Shown here: piece by piece, positions 25,350 through 37,000 of the stretch
How positions within the stretch are numbered: the first letter of the stretch is position 1
Layout of the letters: each line of letters starts with the position of its first letter
From: Gracilinanus agilis
Lineage: Eukaryota
Length of the DNA stretch: 64,000 nucleotides
Direction of reading: 5' to 3'
NCBI RefSeq assembly: GCF_016433145.1
Contig: NC_058132.1
Location: 642,954,413 to 643,018,412, forward strand
Program-made: the position numbers and the translations under genes
The notes under the pieces: model-generated
Databases searched by the model: none
What the model was told of the DNA's origin: nothing
Seen by the model: the letters and a program-made list of their open reading frames with translations, nothing else

Positions 25350-25526
25350 TTTTTTTTAACCCTTACCTTTTTCTCAGAATCAATACTGTCTATTGGTTCT
25401 AAGGCAGAAGACCAGTAAGGGCTAGGCAATGAGGATTAAGTGACTTGCCCAAGGTCACACAGCTAGATAATGTCTGAGGCCAGACTAGACCTGGCTCTCA
25501 ATCCACTGAGTCACCTAGCTGCCCCC
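25350..25526 (-). mobile_element. Older marsupial SINE (SINE2_MD-like)
   Basis: Same family tail; internal deletion near the B box; degraded TSD CACC(C/T)ATTCT. Confidence 0.75.
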
Positions 25527-27433
25527 ACCTATTCTTTTTTTTTCTTTTTTTAAAGATGTTTCTTTGAACTAGAGAATATTTTGTTAAAAGGTAGGAAAGT
25601 CATATCAGATAAACTTCATTTCTGTTTCTGGAGAAACATTATTCAACCTCCCAATCTCAGGTTTTTCTGAATCTTTATTTTTATCATATCTAGAAACTGA
25701 TACTAGTTAGTTGGAGATTGAACTAAATGTAATATTCATCATGTCTAGAAACTTGCAGGGTAGAAGAATGCTTTAATACACCAAGACTGTCAAAAATAAT
25801 GTAAGAAATTCTCACCACATCCTTAAGGACGATGCATTTAGGTAGGTTCACAAGTACTGGAAGGAGCAGAACTAGAAAGGGAATGCTGCTCTGTATGGAG
25901 GGGCTCAGTGGGATGTCAGCGAAGGTTCTATCCTGAACATCACTTGTTTGATATATTTCTTATCTATGACTTGGGTAAGGCCATAATGAATTAAATTGAA
26001 AAGCATTGCCTTAGTAGTCACCAGGTGCCAGGCATAGATGGAATACTTATTATCCTTGTAGATACCCATGTTGGTAGGATTATTAGCAGTTTGGATGAAT
26101 TAAGAATCACCAAATTCTCCAGAGACTAGAGCAAAGGATCTAATAATGTCAAAACAATTGAATTAAAAAACATGTGAAAACCTACATATAAGTTAAAAAA
26201 TAATCAACTGCATGTGGATTTCATGAGGAAGGCATGTCTAGGCAATATGTAAGGTTAAAAACACCTGGCAGTAGTGCCCTACACATGAATAACATGTCAT
26301 ATTGTCATGCCATGGAGTGATACTGCGTGTTGGATGAGGCTGTAGAAGGATGATAAGATTTAGAAGAATACAGGTGGAATATCCTAAAGGGATCTTCTGG
26401 AGTCCTGTGCTCTCATGCAGGTCCCCTCTTTTAACAAGACCAGTTAGTGGGACATGATCACTATTGGTAAGAACTTGCAAGACTGCAAGGCAGAAATAGG
26501 ATTAGACTTATTCTACGTATTCCTCTCTTTAGAGAGGTGTCAGAAAAGCTCATTTTGGCTCAGTAAAAGGAGTCACTTTGCACTGATTCGAGTTGTCCCA
26601 ATGGCTGAGATCCCTAGCACTGGAACTATTCAAGCAAAGACTGCTTGACAACATATGGGGGCTACTATAAAGGTTTTCTTCCCTTCCGGAAGGAGGAGGG
26701 AAAAATGTTTCAAGTTCTTATTTTGAACCAAGCACCATGCTGAGAACTTTATAAGTATTATCTCATTTCATACAATAATTCTAGGAGGAAGGTACTATTA
26801 TGATCCATATTTTACAGGTGAGGAAACTGAGAGAGAGCTTAAATGATTTGCCCAGATCATAAAGCTAGTGTCTAAAGGCATGATATGAACTCAGGTCTTT
26901 CTTCCTCCAGGCTAAGTTCTCTCTCCTCATTACCATTTATCTGGCCAAGAACAAACTAACCTCTGATGAACTCAGGCATACTGAAGCTATAACTTCTCAA
27001 AGCTCCTTGTGTCTGTCTGATCTTCTTCAGCTTCAGAATGAAGTTAATGATGAGATAAATAATCCATAGGGATAAACACTTGACAGCAGATCACCACAGA
27101 AAATCGACAACTCCTATAATTCATTAGAAGCAACACATCCCATTAACAGAGATTTTTGAGTCGATAGAAGTTGGGGATTTTGGTCATCTGTAGAAGTATG
27201 TATTTATGCATGTATGTATCTATTTTACATGCCTAACTGGCTTTGGGTTTGTCAAAATGCAGAAGAGATTTTCAATATCTATTCAAATAGTAATTATCTG
27301 ATTCACCCCCTTGAGATATACTCCATTCTTTATGTTGTGACTCAAACTCAACATTTGCCCCTAAAACTAACAAGTCAAAACCAGCTATATGAAGGATTAA
27401 AAAAAGAGCAAATACTCTTTAAAATGAATTTGA

Positions 27434-27614
27434 GGGGCAGCTGGGTACCTCAGTGGATTGAGAGTAAGGCCTAGAGAGGGGATGTCCTGGGTTCAAATCT
27501 GGCCTCAGACACTTCCCAGCTGTGTGACCTGAGCAAGTCACTTGACCCCCATTGCCCACCCTTACCATTCTTCCACCTATGAGACAATACACAGAAGTTA
27601 AGGGTTTAAAAAAT
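27434..27614 (+). mobile_element. Young SINE (SINE1_Mdo-like)
   Basis: Full length; TSD AAA(A/G)TGAATTTGA at 27421-27433 and 27615-27627. Confidence 0.9.
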
Positions 27615-28821
27615 AAAGTGAATTTGATTCAAATCCATTGTAGGATCAGAGGAAACAGGATGAGACTTTAGGCAGTTGGTCAAAAGTAGAGTAGCCCTAA
27701 CCCTTCTTAGTATCTAAAGAGTACTATCCAGATTTAAGTGGGAAACAGTGATCTTTTGCCTCTCTTTGGCCCAGAGAAGCTACATTGGAGAGGGGAAAGA
27801 GGATGATGTGTATGTTCATTTCTTGAGTTCTTTTCCAAGTCTTGAGTTCATTCCTTCCAAGTATGCTTTGCTACTGTTTACATTTCAGTTTTCCCATAAT
27901 AGCTCCTTAGCTTTTCTGCTCAGTTGATCAGCTGTGAATTGGAAGAGAGGCCTTTGCTTAGTCAAAGACAGAGGGTCCTCAGCAAGGCAGTCTGTTCTTG
28001 TCTTACTCCAACTCAGGGAAGAGTTCTATTAGCCAAGTAGAATAACTTTCTTTGCTGAATTTGGACAAGTCTTTAATTGATAACATCCATATGGTGCCAC
28101 CAGTTGGCTGTAAACCCCCACTCATATGCACGGAGAAGCATTGTGTGTCATTTTTGGAAAAATATATTTTAACAAAAACTATTGTCAGAACACTGTGGAC
28201 CATTCCACTCATCCACTCATTGCAAAAGAATGTGGTCATTGTAAGCTGGGGAAGGGGGGTTCAATCCTTGTTTACCTTGGAATGCACTGAACCTCCCATC
28301 ACAGCTACCCACTCTCAACTTGATACCCTGCTGAGCAGCTGTTAAAGCAATGCTGTAAATCTCTTACCCCAATTGCCAGCCTAAGACTCATCTGGTAGAT
28401 ATTGCCTAGATAGCAGGCACATCTACATAGATCCCAGCCTAATCGGTCCAGTATCCAAAATTCTACTTGGTTTCTTTCTATGCAGAGCCACTCTTTTCTC
28501 CCAGCAGAGTCTCGCACCTACATAGTAACTGATGTCCTTCATGCGTATATCAATCTGAGCCGTCAGATGCCCATCTATGCCATGGCAATTCCAACTCTTC
28601 TTATCTTGGAGGTAACCTTTTCCTTATACTAGAATGACAGCTCTTTGAGGGTTGTGATTTTAATTATTCAGTTCTAAATATTACCTTATTCTCCACATAA
28701 AATAGCACATACTATTGAGTGGAGTAGGTGTTTAATAAAGGCTTATTCGATGAGAATTATTGAATTCAGTTTTAAAAATTCCAAAATTCTTTTGATATAT
28801 TCTCAAAGGCAGAATTTAGAT

Positions 28822-29012
28822 CAGTGGCTCCCAAACTTTTTTGGCCTGCTGCCCCCTTTCCAGAAAAATATTACTTAGCCCACTGGAAATTAATTTTTTA
28901 AAATTTTAATAGTAATTAATAGGAAAGATAAATGCACCTGTGGCCATCACTGCTCTCCTGGATTGCTGTATCACCCACCAGGGGGCGGTAGCGCCCACTT
29001 TGGGAATCACTG
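28822..29012. mobile_element. hAT/Charlie-type MITE, copy 3
   Basis: Same ends; diverged TSD ATTTAGAT/ATCTAGGG. Confidence 0.85.
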
Positions 29013-30299
29013 ATCTAGGGTCTCTCTCTAACACATATGTGTGTGTGTCGTGTATAATGTATGTATGTATGTATGTATTTACAGAAAAATATATAGGGAG
29101 AATTTCAGAGGGAATGAAGTGGTGGTACAGTAGATAGAAGGCTAGGTTTGGAGGCAGGTATATATGGAATTCAAGTCTGGACTAATACATATTCGCTGGG
29201 TGACCCCAGACAAATCAATTAATCTCTCTCAGCCTCAATTTCATGTTCTATAAATTGAGGGAGACCTTGATAGTCACTGAGGACCTTTGAAGATCTACAT
29301 TTCTGATCCTACAATCTTTTTACCCAACCTGTAGCTCAAGGAGAGTGTCTTCAATGCCCATTTAACATCTATTTGAAGACCTCTAAAGAGGAGGAGCTCT
29401 GTCCCTTCTGAGGTGTCACATTCTATCTACTTTTGCAGTGCTCGGAGTGGTAGGATGTTGTGCTGTATACAAATGAACTGAAATTTGCCTCTTTATTGCA
29501 TTCTTGACTCATCTCCTGGGTCCAAGCAGCTTCCAAAAACTTGAATTCAGCTCTTCTATGCCGCTCTTCCTTCTTTTCACTCAAGTCTCCTCAAATCTAC
29601 ATGTTCCCCATTTCACTTAAGTGATCCTCCTATGACACAGTCAAACTCCAATCAGTCCTCCAGACAGTTTGCTGAAGGAGTTTAGCCTCTTTCTTGCTGA
29701 CGACCCTCAGCATCATGTCTCTGCTTGATAAATAGTGAAGAGTGTTATGTGATCTCGATGTATTTATTGTTTGTATTTACTGGGCAAGTGTCTAGCATGT
29801 GATACAGGAGACATAGATGGCCAGATTCTTGTCCTAAAAGAAGGAAGAATGGAGACCAAGAACAATTGTAGGGACTTTCGAGTGACTGTGTCAGAGGAGA
29901 TGAGAGGGCAAAGGGATTCTCTCATGCTCTGCCAAAATCTCAGTTCTGGAAGGACCTTAGAGACTGCATCCCTACTGAGTGAGCATCTACTGCCTGAATG
30001 AAGCTCAGCTGATTCCATGGATGCCTACCTACCTTCCCCCTATGAATCAAGCCTAAATTGAGTTCTTTACAAGTTCTCCCCACTGTGCCTCATTCTACCA
30101 TCCCTCTCCTCTGGGCATCCTGCTCAAATTGCAGGCCATACTCCAGCTGCAGTCTGACCAGTGTGGAAACCCCTTAAGAACCCCCCCCCCTCATGTTGGA
30201 CCCTCCCCTTTAACTTGACTTTCTCGAGGCTTATTTTCTTGAAAGTCAAGCTTCTCCCAAATGACCTTGAGGGCCACCACTATTTTCAACTCAGCAGGT

Positions 30300-30480
30300 A
30301 GACACGGAGGCTCTTGGATTTGGAGCTAGAAGGGAATTTGGGGGCCATCCAGCCCACTTCACTTCTTTTACAGACAGGAAACAGTCCCTGAGAGAAAGAG
30401 GTGGCTTGCTCGGTATCATACTGCGAGCAAATATTTCCTGAGGACTTTGAACCGAGGTCTTTCTGGCTGCTGGCACATTG
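30300..30480 (-). mobile_element. MIR/MAR1 fragment, last transposon upstream of the CpG island
   Basis: TTTTACAGACAGGAAACAG...AGAGGTGGCTTGC...TTTGAACCGAGGTC. Confidence 0.65.
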
Positions 30481-31803
30481 TCCTTTTCACTCTCCAGCGC
30501 TTACCTTACTTGGCCCCTCATAGTCTAGGAATCTTCGGATTCCTGGGTTCGGAGAAGAATCGGGACTTTGGATTAGCCTTAGCAGGGAGTCTCGGAATCA
30601 CTTCATTTATCTGTTTTCAGAAGGACCGAGGCGTCAGGCCAGCAGGTGGTCTGAAGGCAACACACCCTGCCATTCCCTGATGCTCAACGGTTTCTCAAAC
30701 AGAGCAAATGTTAACTGAGCCCAACTTGGCCCGGTTTACTACGGTGTTTTTCTCTCTCCCTTTGCTAGGTTCCGGTGGCCCCCCACCCTCGTCTGATCCG
30801 GGCCCTAGCACACAATGGGTGTTTAATCCTGCAACTGGACGGGCTACTCCCTCTCCCCCGGCCCAGCTCACACACCCTTCCCCGGCTGCCCAGGGCCCCC
30901 TTTCTCCTCGGCAGGTCTTGGGCAGGGGATGTTTTCTCGCCAGTTTGCTAAAGGAGGGGACAGAACAGACACGAGCTGCAGTTCCCTAGTTCTGCCTCTG
31001 AGAATTTCTCATCCAAACCTCAATCACGTAGGATTGCGTAGAGAGAAGAGGAGAGACAGAAGACACAGAAAGAGAAGGGGGAGGGAGGGCTAGAAGGAGG
31101 GAAACACAGGCAGCCGCTGGGGCTGGGGGAGGGGGAGGAAGACCAGTGCCATCAGCCCGAGCCCAGGAAGAAAATGGGCACAGCAGCCCACGCTCGCTCG
31201 CTGCCCCGCAGCTCCTGACGGCTGGATTTGAACGCCCTACCCCCGCTCCCCCCTTTTTTCCTCTTCCCAAGCGGCAAGGAAGAACTTCGGAAGGCTTTCC
31301 TTTTCTCCACCGGCCCCCCACCCCACCCCCAACCTCAACCTTCTCTTCCCAGGCTGTGCCCCCTCCAGCCTTCTCTGCCCGGAGTTTCCTCTTCCAGACC
31401 GGAGCCAGCCCCAGCCAGAGAGAACAGGAGCCGGAGCTGGAGCCGGATCGGCTGCGGGCACCTGGGTGTCTGTCGGGCGAACGGGCCAGCCCTTGCTGGC
31501 AGCTGACTAAGCGCTCGGCACTTCGCCGCCCCTCGGGAGCTGGGCTCTGCCCTGAACTTGACCTTCGGCGCCCACCCGGGGGCGCCCATGGATCCCCCGG
31601 AGCCTCCTCTCGGGCCGACGCGGGAATGCCCCTTGCGCTGAGCAACACCAGCACCCAGCGGCTGCGGGGAGGGCTTGGGCCGGAGACGGCTGCGGGAGCG
31701 TTGGGGCGGCAAAGCAGGCTCACGCCTGGCCAGGGGGTCGCCCCCGGCGCCCCTGGGGGAGCCGGCTTAGGGAAGCCGACGGGAAGCCGGCTGTCCCCTG
31801 GGC

Positions 31804-31811
31804 TGACGTGG
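31804..31811 (+). promoter_or_regulatory. CRE/ATF-like motif TGACGTGG in the CpG island
   Basis: TGACGT core matches the CREB/ATF half-site; function is inferred only. Confidence 0.4.
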
Positions 31812-32619
31812 AAGGCCCGGGGGGCCGGACGATGATGAGCCTCTGCGCGCCCGGGGAGCTGCCTGTGCGCCTGGCAGCCGCCGTCTCAGGCCAGCAGCCG
31901 CCGAAGGGCAGGGTGATGTGTGCCCGCAGCGCGCCGGTGCCCGGCGCGTCCTCTCCAGCCGCCGCCGCCTCCTCCTCATCTTCCTCCGCCTGTGTCTGCT
32001 GCTCCGGACGCGTGCCGCCTTCCTCCCAGGGCGGGGATGGGGGCCACAGAACTGTCTGAGCGTCCGCGGCCGCCGGTGTCTCGAATCTAAACTATCGGGC
32101 TCCCCGTGGGGCCGGCTGGTGTCCGGGTGCGTGCCGGGGACGTTGCTCCGAAGCTGGGGCGAAGGGCTCGGCGTCGCGGGCGGGCCCTCGGGGCGATGCC
32201 TTGAACCCTCCTTGGATGCTCCAGAGCCAGGGCCCTCCTTCTTCTGGGCTGGCCCATGGCTGGGAAGCCCCGCTGAAGTGGCCCAGGGAGGGGCCGGGCC
32301 GCGTTCCGCAGCTCAGAGATTCCCCCCAATTCCAAGCAGAACGGCCGGGCTGGGGAGCAGGGGGCCCCCGCTCCTAAGCCTCCCAGACGCTCATTTCCCG
32401 AAGGTACTCCCGCTGGGCCAGTCTAATCTAGGAGGGGAAAGGGAGTTCCCTCCTTCAGCCGGGGCTCTCCATCCCCCCTACCCCCACCCCCGCCCCGTGC
32501 CCTCGTCGTGGGGGCGGACGGGTGGTTCCCAGGGGCGCTAGGCTCCCGGGGATCTCCCTCCCCAAGGTTCCTCCCCTCCTTCTCTTCCTCCCTCCCTCCT
32601 TCTCTCCCTCCTTCCCTAG

Positions 32620-32814
32620 TCTGCACCGCCCGCGGTGAATTGAGGTTTCCCCAGCTTCTGGCGCTCCTGGAGCTGGTGACAGCTGCCACAGCCACACCGT
32701 ACCTGGTGACCCACCAGCACCTGGACCCCATCCCACCTGACCGCCTTTTGTGCCCCCCGCCCCGCCCCCCGCCCCTGACAGGAAGCCTTGGGTTTCCGGA
32801 CGCACTGCCAGCAG
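32620..32814 (+). other. Candidate alternative/cassette exon of FGF12 (195 nt, phase 1-1)
   Basis: About 45-nt pyrimidine tract plus TAG acceptor at 32617-32619; donor CAG|GTCAGT at 32812-32820; length 65 codons; no stop in the frame compatible with FGF12 exon 2. No expression evidence. Confidence 0.3.
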
Positions 32815-33640
32815 GTCAGTTCGGAACAGAACCTCAATCAGCCATCCCCGTCAGCGCGGCCAAAGCTGGGAGCGCGGTGGGCGATGTGGCTAGGGCAGGC
32901 TGCCTTGGAGGGAATGGCTCTGTTAGACTGGCAGAGATCGCCCGCGGGGACATAATTGGCGGTCGTTCCACCTCCCCCGCCCTCCTCAGCTTTGGTGGTT
33001 TCTTTTCTACAGGCCCTTTTACTCACTTTTTAGCTGCTCCCCCCCCCCCCCCCTTACACACACACACACTTTTTTTTTTTTTTAAGCTAGGGACAGTGTG
33101 CTCCCCCCTCGGCCACAGCTTTGTACACAGATTTCACAGTGAGCTCTTGAACCTCTGCTTGAGGGAAAGGGTGCAGCCAGGAACCCGAGGGCAGGTGTTT
33201 GGGGACCTGGACCAGGAGCCTCCTTATTTGGGACCGCACCTCAGTGTTCATTCAGACCCTCCAGAGCCGGGCCGGACTCCAGGCTAGGTTGGCCAAGCCT
33301 CACCTCGAAAGCGGAGTTCCCCGGCTTCAGGACCTCTAGGCCAGCTTGGGGGGGCTCTTTGCGGGGTGACTGAGCTCGGGGGGACCCGGGTTCACAGAAA
33401 GAATCCCTGTTCTTTCGCTGTTTCTTCAGTAGAGCGCTTGGAAGTTTACACACGGATTGACATTTGTTCTGTCTCCACAAACAAGCAGTTCCTTCGTGGT
33501 CCCCCCAGTTGGCCACGGATCCAGACTGATTTAGTTGGCTGCCGGCGCCCCGTTTTCTCGGCCGCGGCCCAAAGAGAGATTCCTCAACACTGCCTCCCCT
33601 TTGCCCCATCGAGGCACTTTCGGGGTCCTGACTGATCGGC

Positions 33641-33645
33641 ATTGG
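33641..33645 (-). promoter_or_regulatory. Reverse CCAAT box ~100 nt upstream of the FGF12A ATG
   Basis: ATTGG in context GGCATTGGATT; short motif, so weak evidence. Confidence 0.3.
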
Positions 33646-33739
33646 ATTAGAAGGGAAGGGGGGTAGGAAAGGCGGCCACCCCCCTTCCTCTCCCGACCCG
33701 GGTCCCCCGGGGGACTAGAGAAGGGGCCCCGACGGCTGA

Positions 33740-34081
<342 letters not shown>

Positions 34082-37000
34082 TGAGAGCGTGCTCTGGAGG
34101 CCTGCGCCCGCCTGGGATGGCTCCTTTCCCTCATCTTGCTTCCCTCCTTGCCTGGTCCCTCCTGACTCTGTCTCCAACGTTCTGGCACTTCATCTCAGGA
34201 GCTTTCCTTGCACACGTTCCCCATCCCTGTTCCCTGTGCCTTTTTCGGTAATCGTCTGCCCACAGTCTTGGCTTTCTCCCGAGAGCTCCTCTCCAGCCTC
34301 TCCTCCCTCCCTCCCTCCCTCCCCGGCTTTTGTATTCGGGGACTGAAATTGGGAGGCAGGTGAGGACTTAAGGCCAACAGTCTCAGTCTGGTCCCAACTC
34401 TGCACTTGGTGGGGAAGCCAACTCCGGAGAGGCCCAAACCCGGGCTTAGGTGCCTGATTTTGAGCGTGGCCTCTCTTTTCTGAACTTAAATGGCGTTCAG
34501 TTGCTCCTGGAAAGTGGGGAAGGGGGCATGATGTGACAAGCAGAAAGGAGCCTCGGCAGCCAGCCCACCAGTGCTTATTTTAGGCAAGGAAGGAGCCACT
34601 TCCAAGCCAAAGCAGAGTCCCAGTTTGAGAGAATCAAAACAAACAAAATTCCCGCTCTCTCCCTCCCACCTCCCTCATCTGATTTCTTGGGTGTGATCGC
34701 CAGGCTGTAAGCATTGGTTTTTTTTTTTTTTTATCCGAAGAGGCCAAAGAAGGGTCTACCGTCTTCAAAAAAGAGAGTCGGGAGCCCAAAATAAGAGAGG
34801 AAAAAAAAAAAGAAAAAAGAAAAATTCACCTGGTTTAGTTTAGCTGTTTGCATTTCTGATCCCTTTTGGAGGTTTTCTGGGGGTTCGGCAAAACCATTTA
34901 GGAGAGGCAAACACAGGAACGGAGGAATCACTTTATGAAAACCTAGTCAAATGAGCTTAAGTTTTAACCGAGAGATTTTAAAGTATTGCAGAAACTAAAG
35001 CAAGCCAAGATGCATTTCTCATTTACCATGACACCTAATATTAGGAGAGAACAATCGCTGTATGTCTTCTGTGTTAATAAGAAAGCAGCATCAGCACCCA
35101 GATTTTAGAGATGGTGGAGAACTCAGTGATTACCTGACTTAGCCCTTTGCTATTATATGGAAGAGAAAATGGAGTCTCAGCAAAAGGAAGTTACTTGGCA
35201 TTGGTCATTTGGATAGTAAACAATGAACCACGATGTGAAAGGGAACCTTGACAGCCAGAAGCCAGTGCCCTTTATCCTGCATCTCAAGACCTCTTAAATG
35301 TAAACAACTCAACCAAAACAATGCCCTGGTCCAATGGTTCTTCAAACCCTAAAGTTAAAAACTGGAACAGCCAGTTCTGAGTTCCCTGTATTTTCCCATT
35401 GGGTGATAGGTGAGACATTAAGTAATTTTACTCCATAGTTAAGGAATTAAGATGAATAAAAATGTCCCTCTGCTTGCTTGGGCTGCTACCCTTTTTATGT
35501 TTTTTTTTTATTCTAGTTTTCATGGAATATTTCAAGACTGAATTCCGTTGGCTTCATTTCTAACATGTTGCTCCATTAGTTAAATCATTTAAGTAAAGAA
35601 ATTCCAATTCTTTTCCCAGACTCCCCATTTCACGAAATAGAAATATCACAGCAAAGTACCCTTGATCCTGGGAGAATGGTGTTGTGTCATTGGTTGCTTA
35701 TTACTGCCATGAGCATCTTCTGGGAATAATGCATTTCAGAACACCTCCTGTTATTCACCCCCCCCACCCCATCAGACCACAACATCCCTCTCTTCTCCCA
35801 TCTCTATACGTATAGCATGTATCTTCTCATAGAGATTCCTGACCATTACTATTGGAGCCAAAGTTTCCCAGATAGAGTAAGATATATCAAGGATGTCAAA
35901 GCTAGTGAAGTTATCCTGAGGGCTAGTGCAGGATGCATTCATCTATAAGGGCAGGAATTTAATCTGTTCTCAACCTGGCAAATTTTGTGGTTTTGAGTTT
36001 GGATGCTATTCTTAATACTAACAAAGCAAAATAATGAATCTGTTGGTTTGCTGTCAGCAACCATGATTCACATTGCTTGGGGAGAACCTATTTATAGTGA
36101 GCCCAGATCTCCAGACTGGCAGCATGGATCACAGCACCAGACAGGGCTTTTCAATGTTTTGGGTTGGGAAGGGGATGAGGGGAGAGAAAACTTGCTAAAA
36201 TGGAAAGAGTATCAATTGCAGAATGATTCCATGAAGGGCTCTGGCAAACAGTACCTTTCTGTCCTGCCCTACCTAGAACCTGCCATTCATAAATTCTTCT
36301 CTGGCTGAACTACACAAACTGAGTAACAAATGGGACAAGTAGAGAAGGGGAAGGACACGACAATAAATCCCTACAGGATGTTGAAGGACACTTGGCTCTC
36401 CATCCTTTGGCTCCTAGGAAATAAGTATCTGTGATTTGGACCCTGAATCAAATGCATGGGAGACAAATAAGACCAAAGTCACCTAGCAGCTCAGATACTG
36501 CAGGGGATTTACCTACTGACCTGGGAAATGCATGTTCTTCCTTGATTCCTTGGATCTCAGTTGACCCATCTGTGGACTCATACACAAATATTCGTGAATC
36601 TTGGTAGATTCTGTGTAGTCTTTCGAAATAAAGGCCAAGTGTGCAAATCTAAAACAAGACTAGGGGCATGTCGATGGCTATAGCACTATGCTAAACTACC
36701 ATGATTTCCTTGATTTTGAATGTACAATAGTGATATTCTTGTTTTCAGATAAATGTTTGTTGGGTTGATGGGATGAGAGAGGGCATTTGGGAATGTGTGT
36801 CATTAAGGCTTTTGAAAGCATCATTTTCAATTCTTGCTCTCTTCTGGGTACCCTGTTAGCTTGTGAGACATTGAATGTAAAGGAAAGGTTAGGATGCTTA
36901 GGATGAGCTGACTGGATGCTATTCTGAGCTCTAGCTGGTTGAGGGGAAAGATTGAGGAACAAAACCTGAGGGTTCCCAAACTTACTTTCTGAATAACAAA

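Noticed and set aside
30986-33287. Long ORFs in the CpG island (245 aa minus, 229 aa, 207 aa and 259 aa plus)
   Set aside because: Most start at non-ATG codons, all have Pro/Gly/Arg/Ala-rich composition, overlap in several frames and show no recognisable domain. GC-rich DNA lacks stop codons, so long ORFs are expected. Only the splice-site-bounded part (32620-32814) was kept as a lead.
34357-34365. Strong donor-like CAG|GTGAGG downstream of exon 1a
   Set aside because: The phase-1 frame has a TGA at 34344-34346, so there is no coding extension; no other support.
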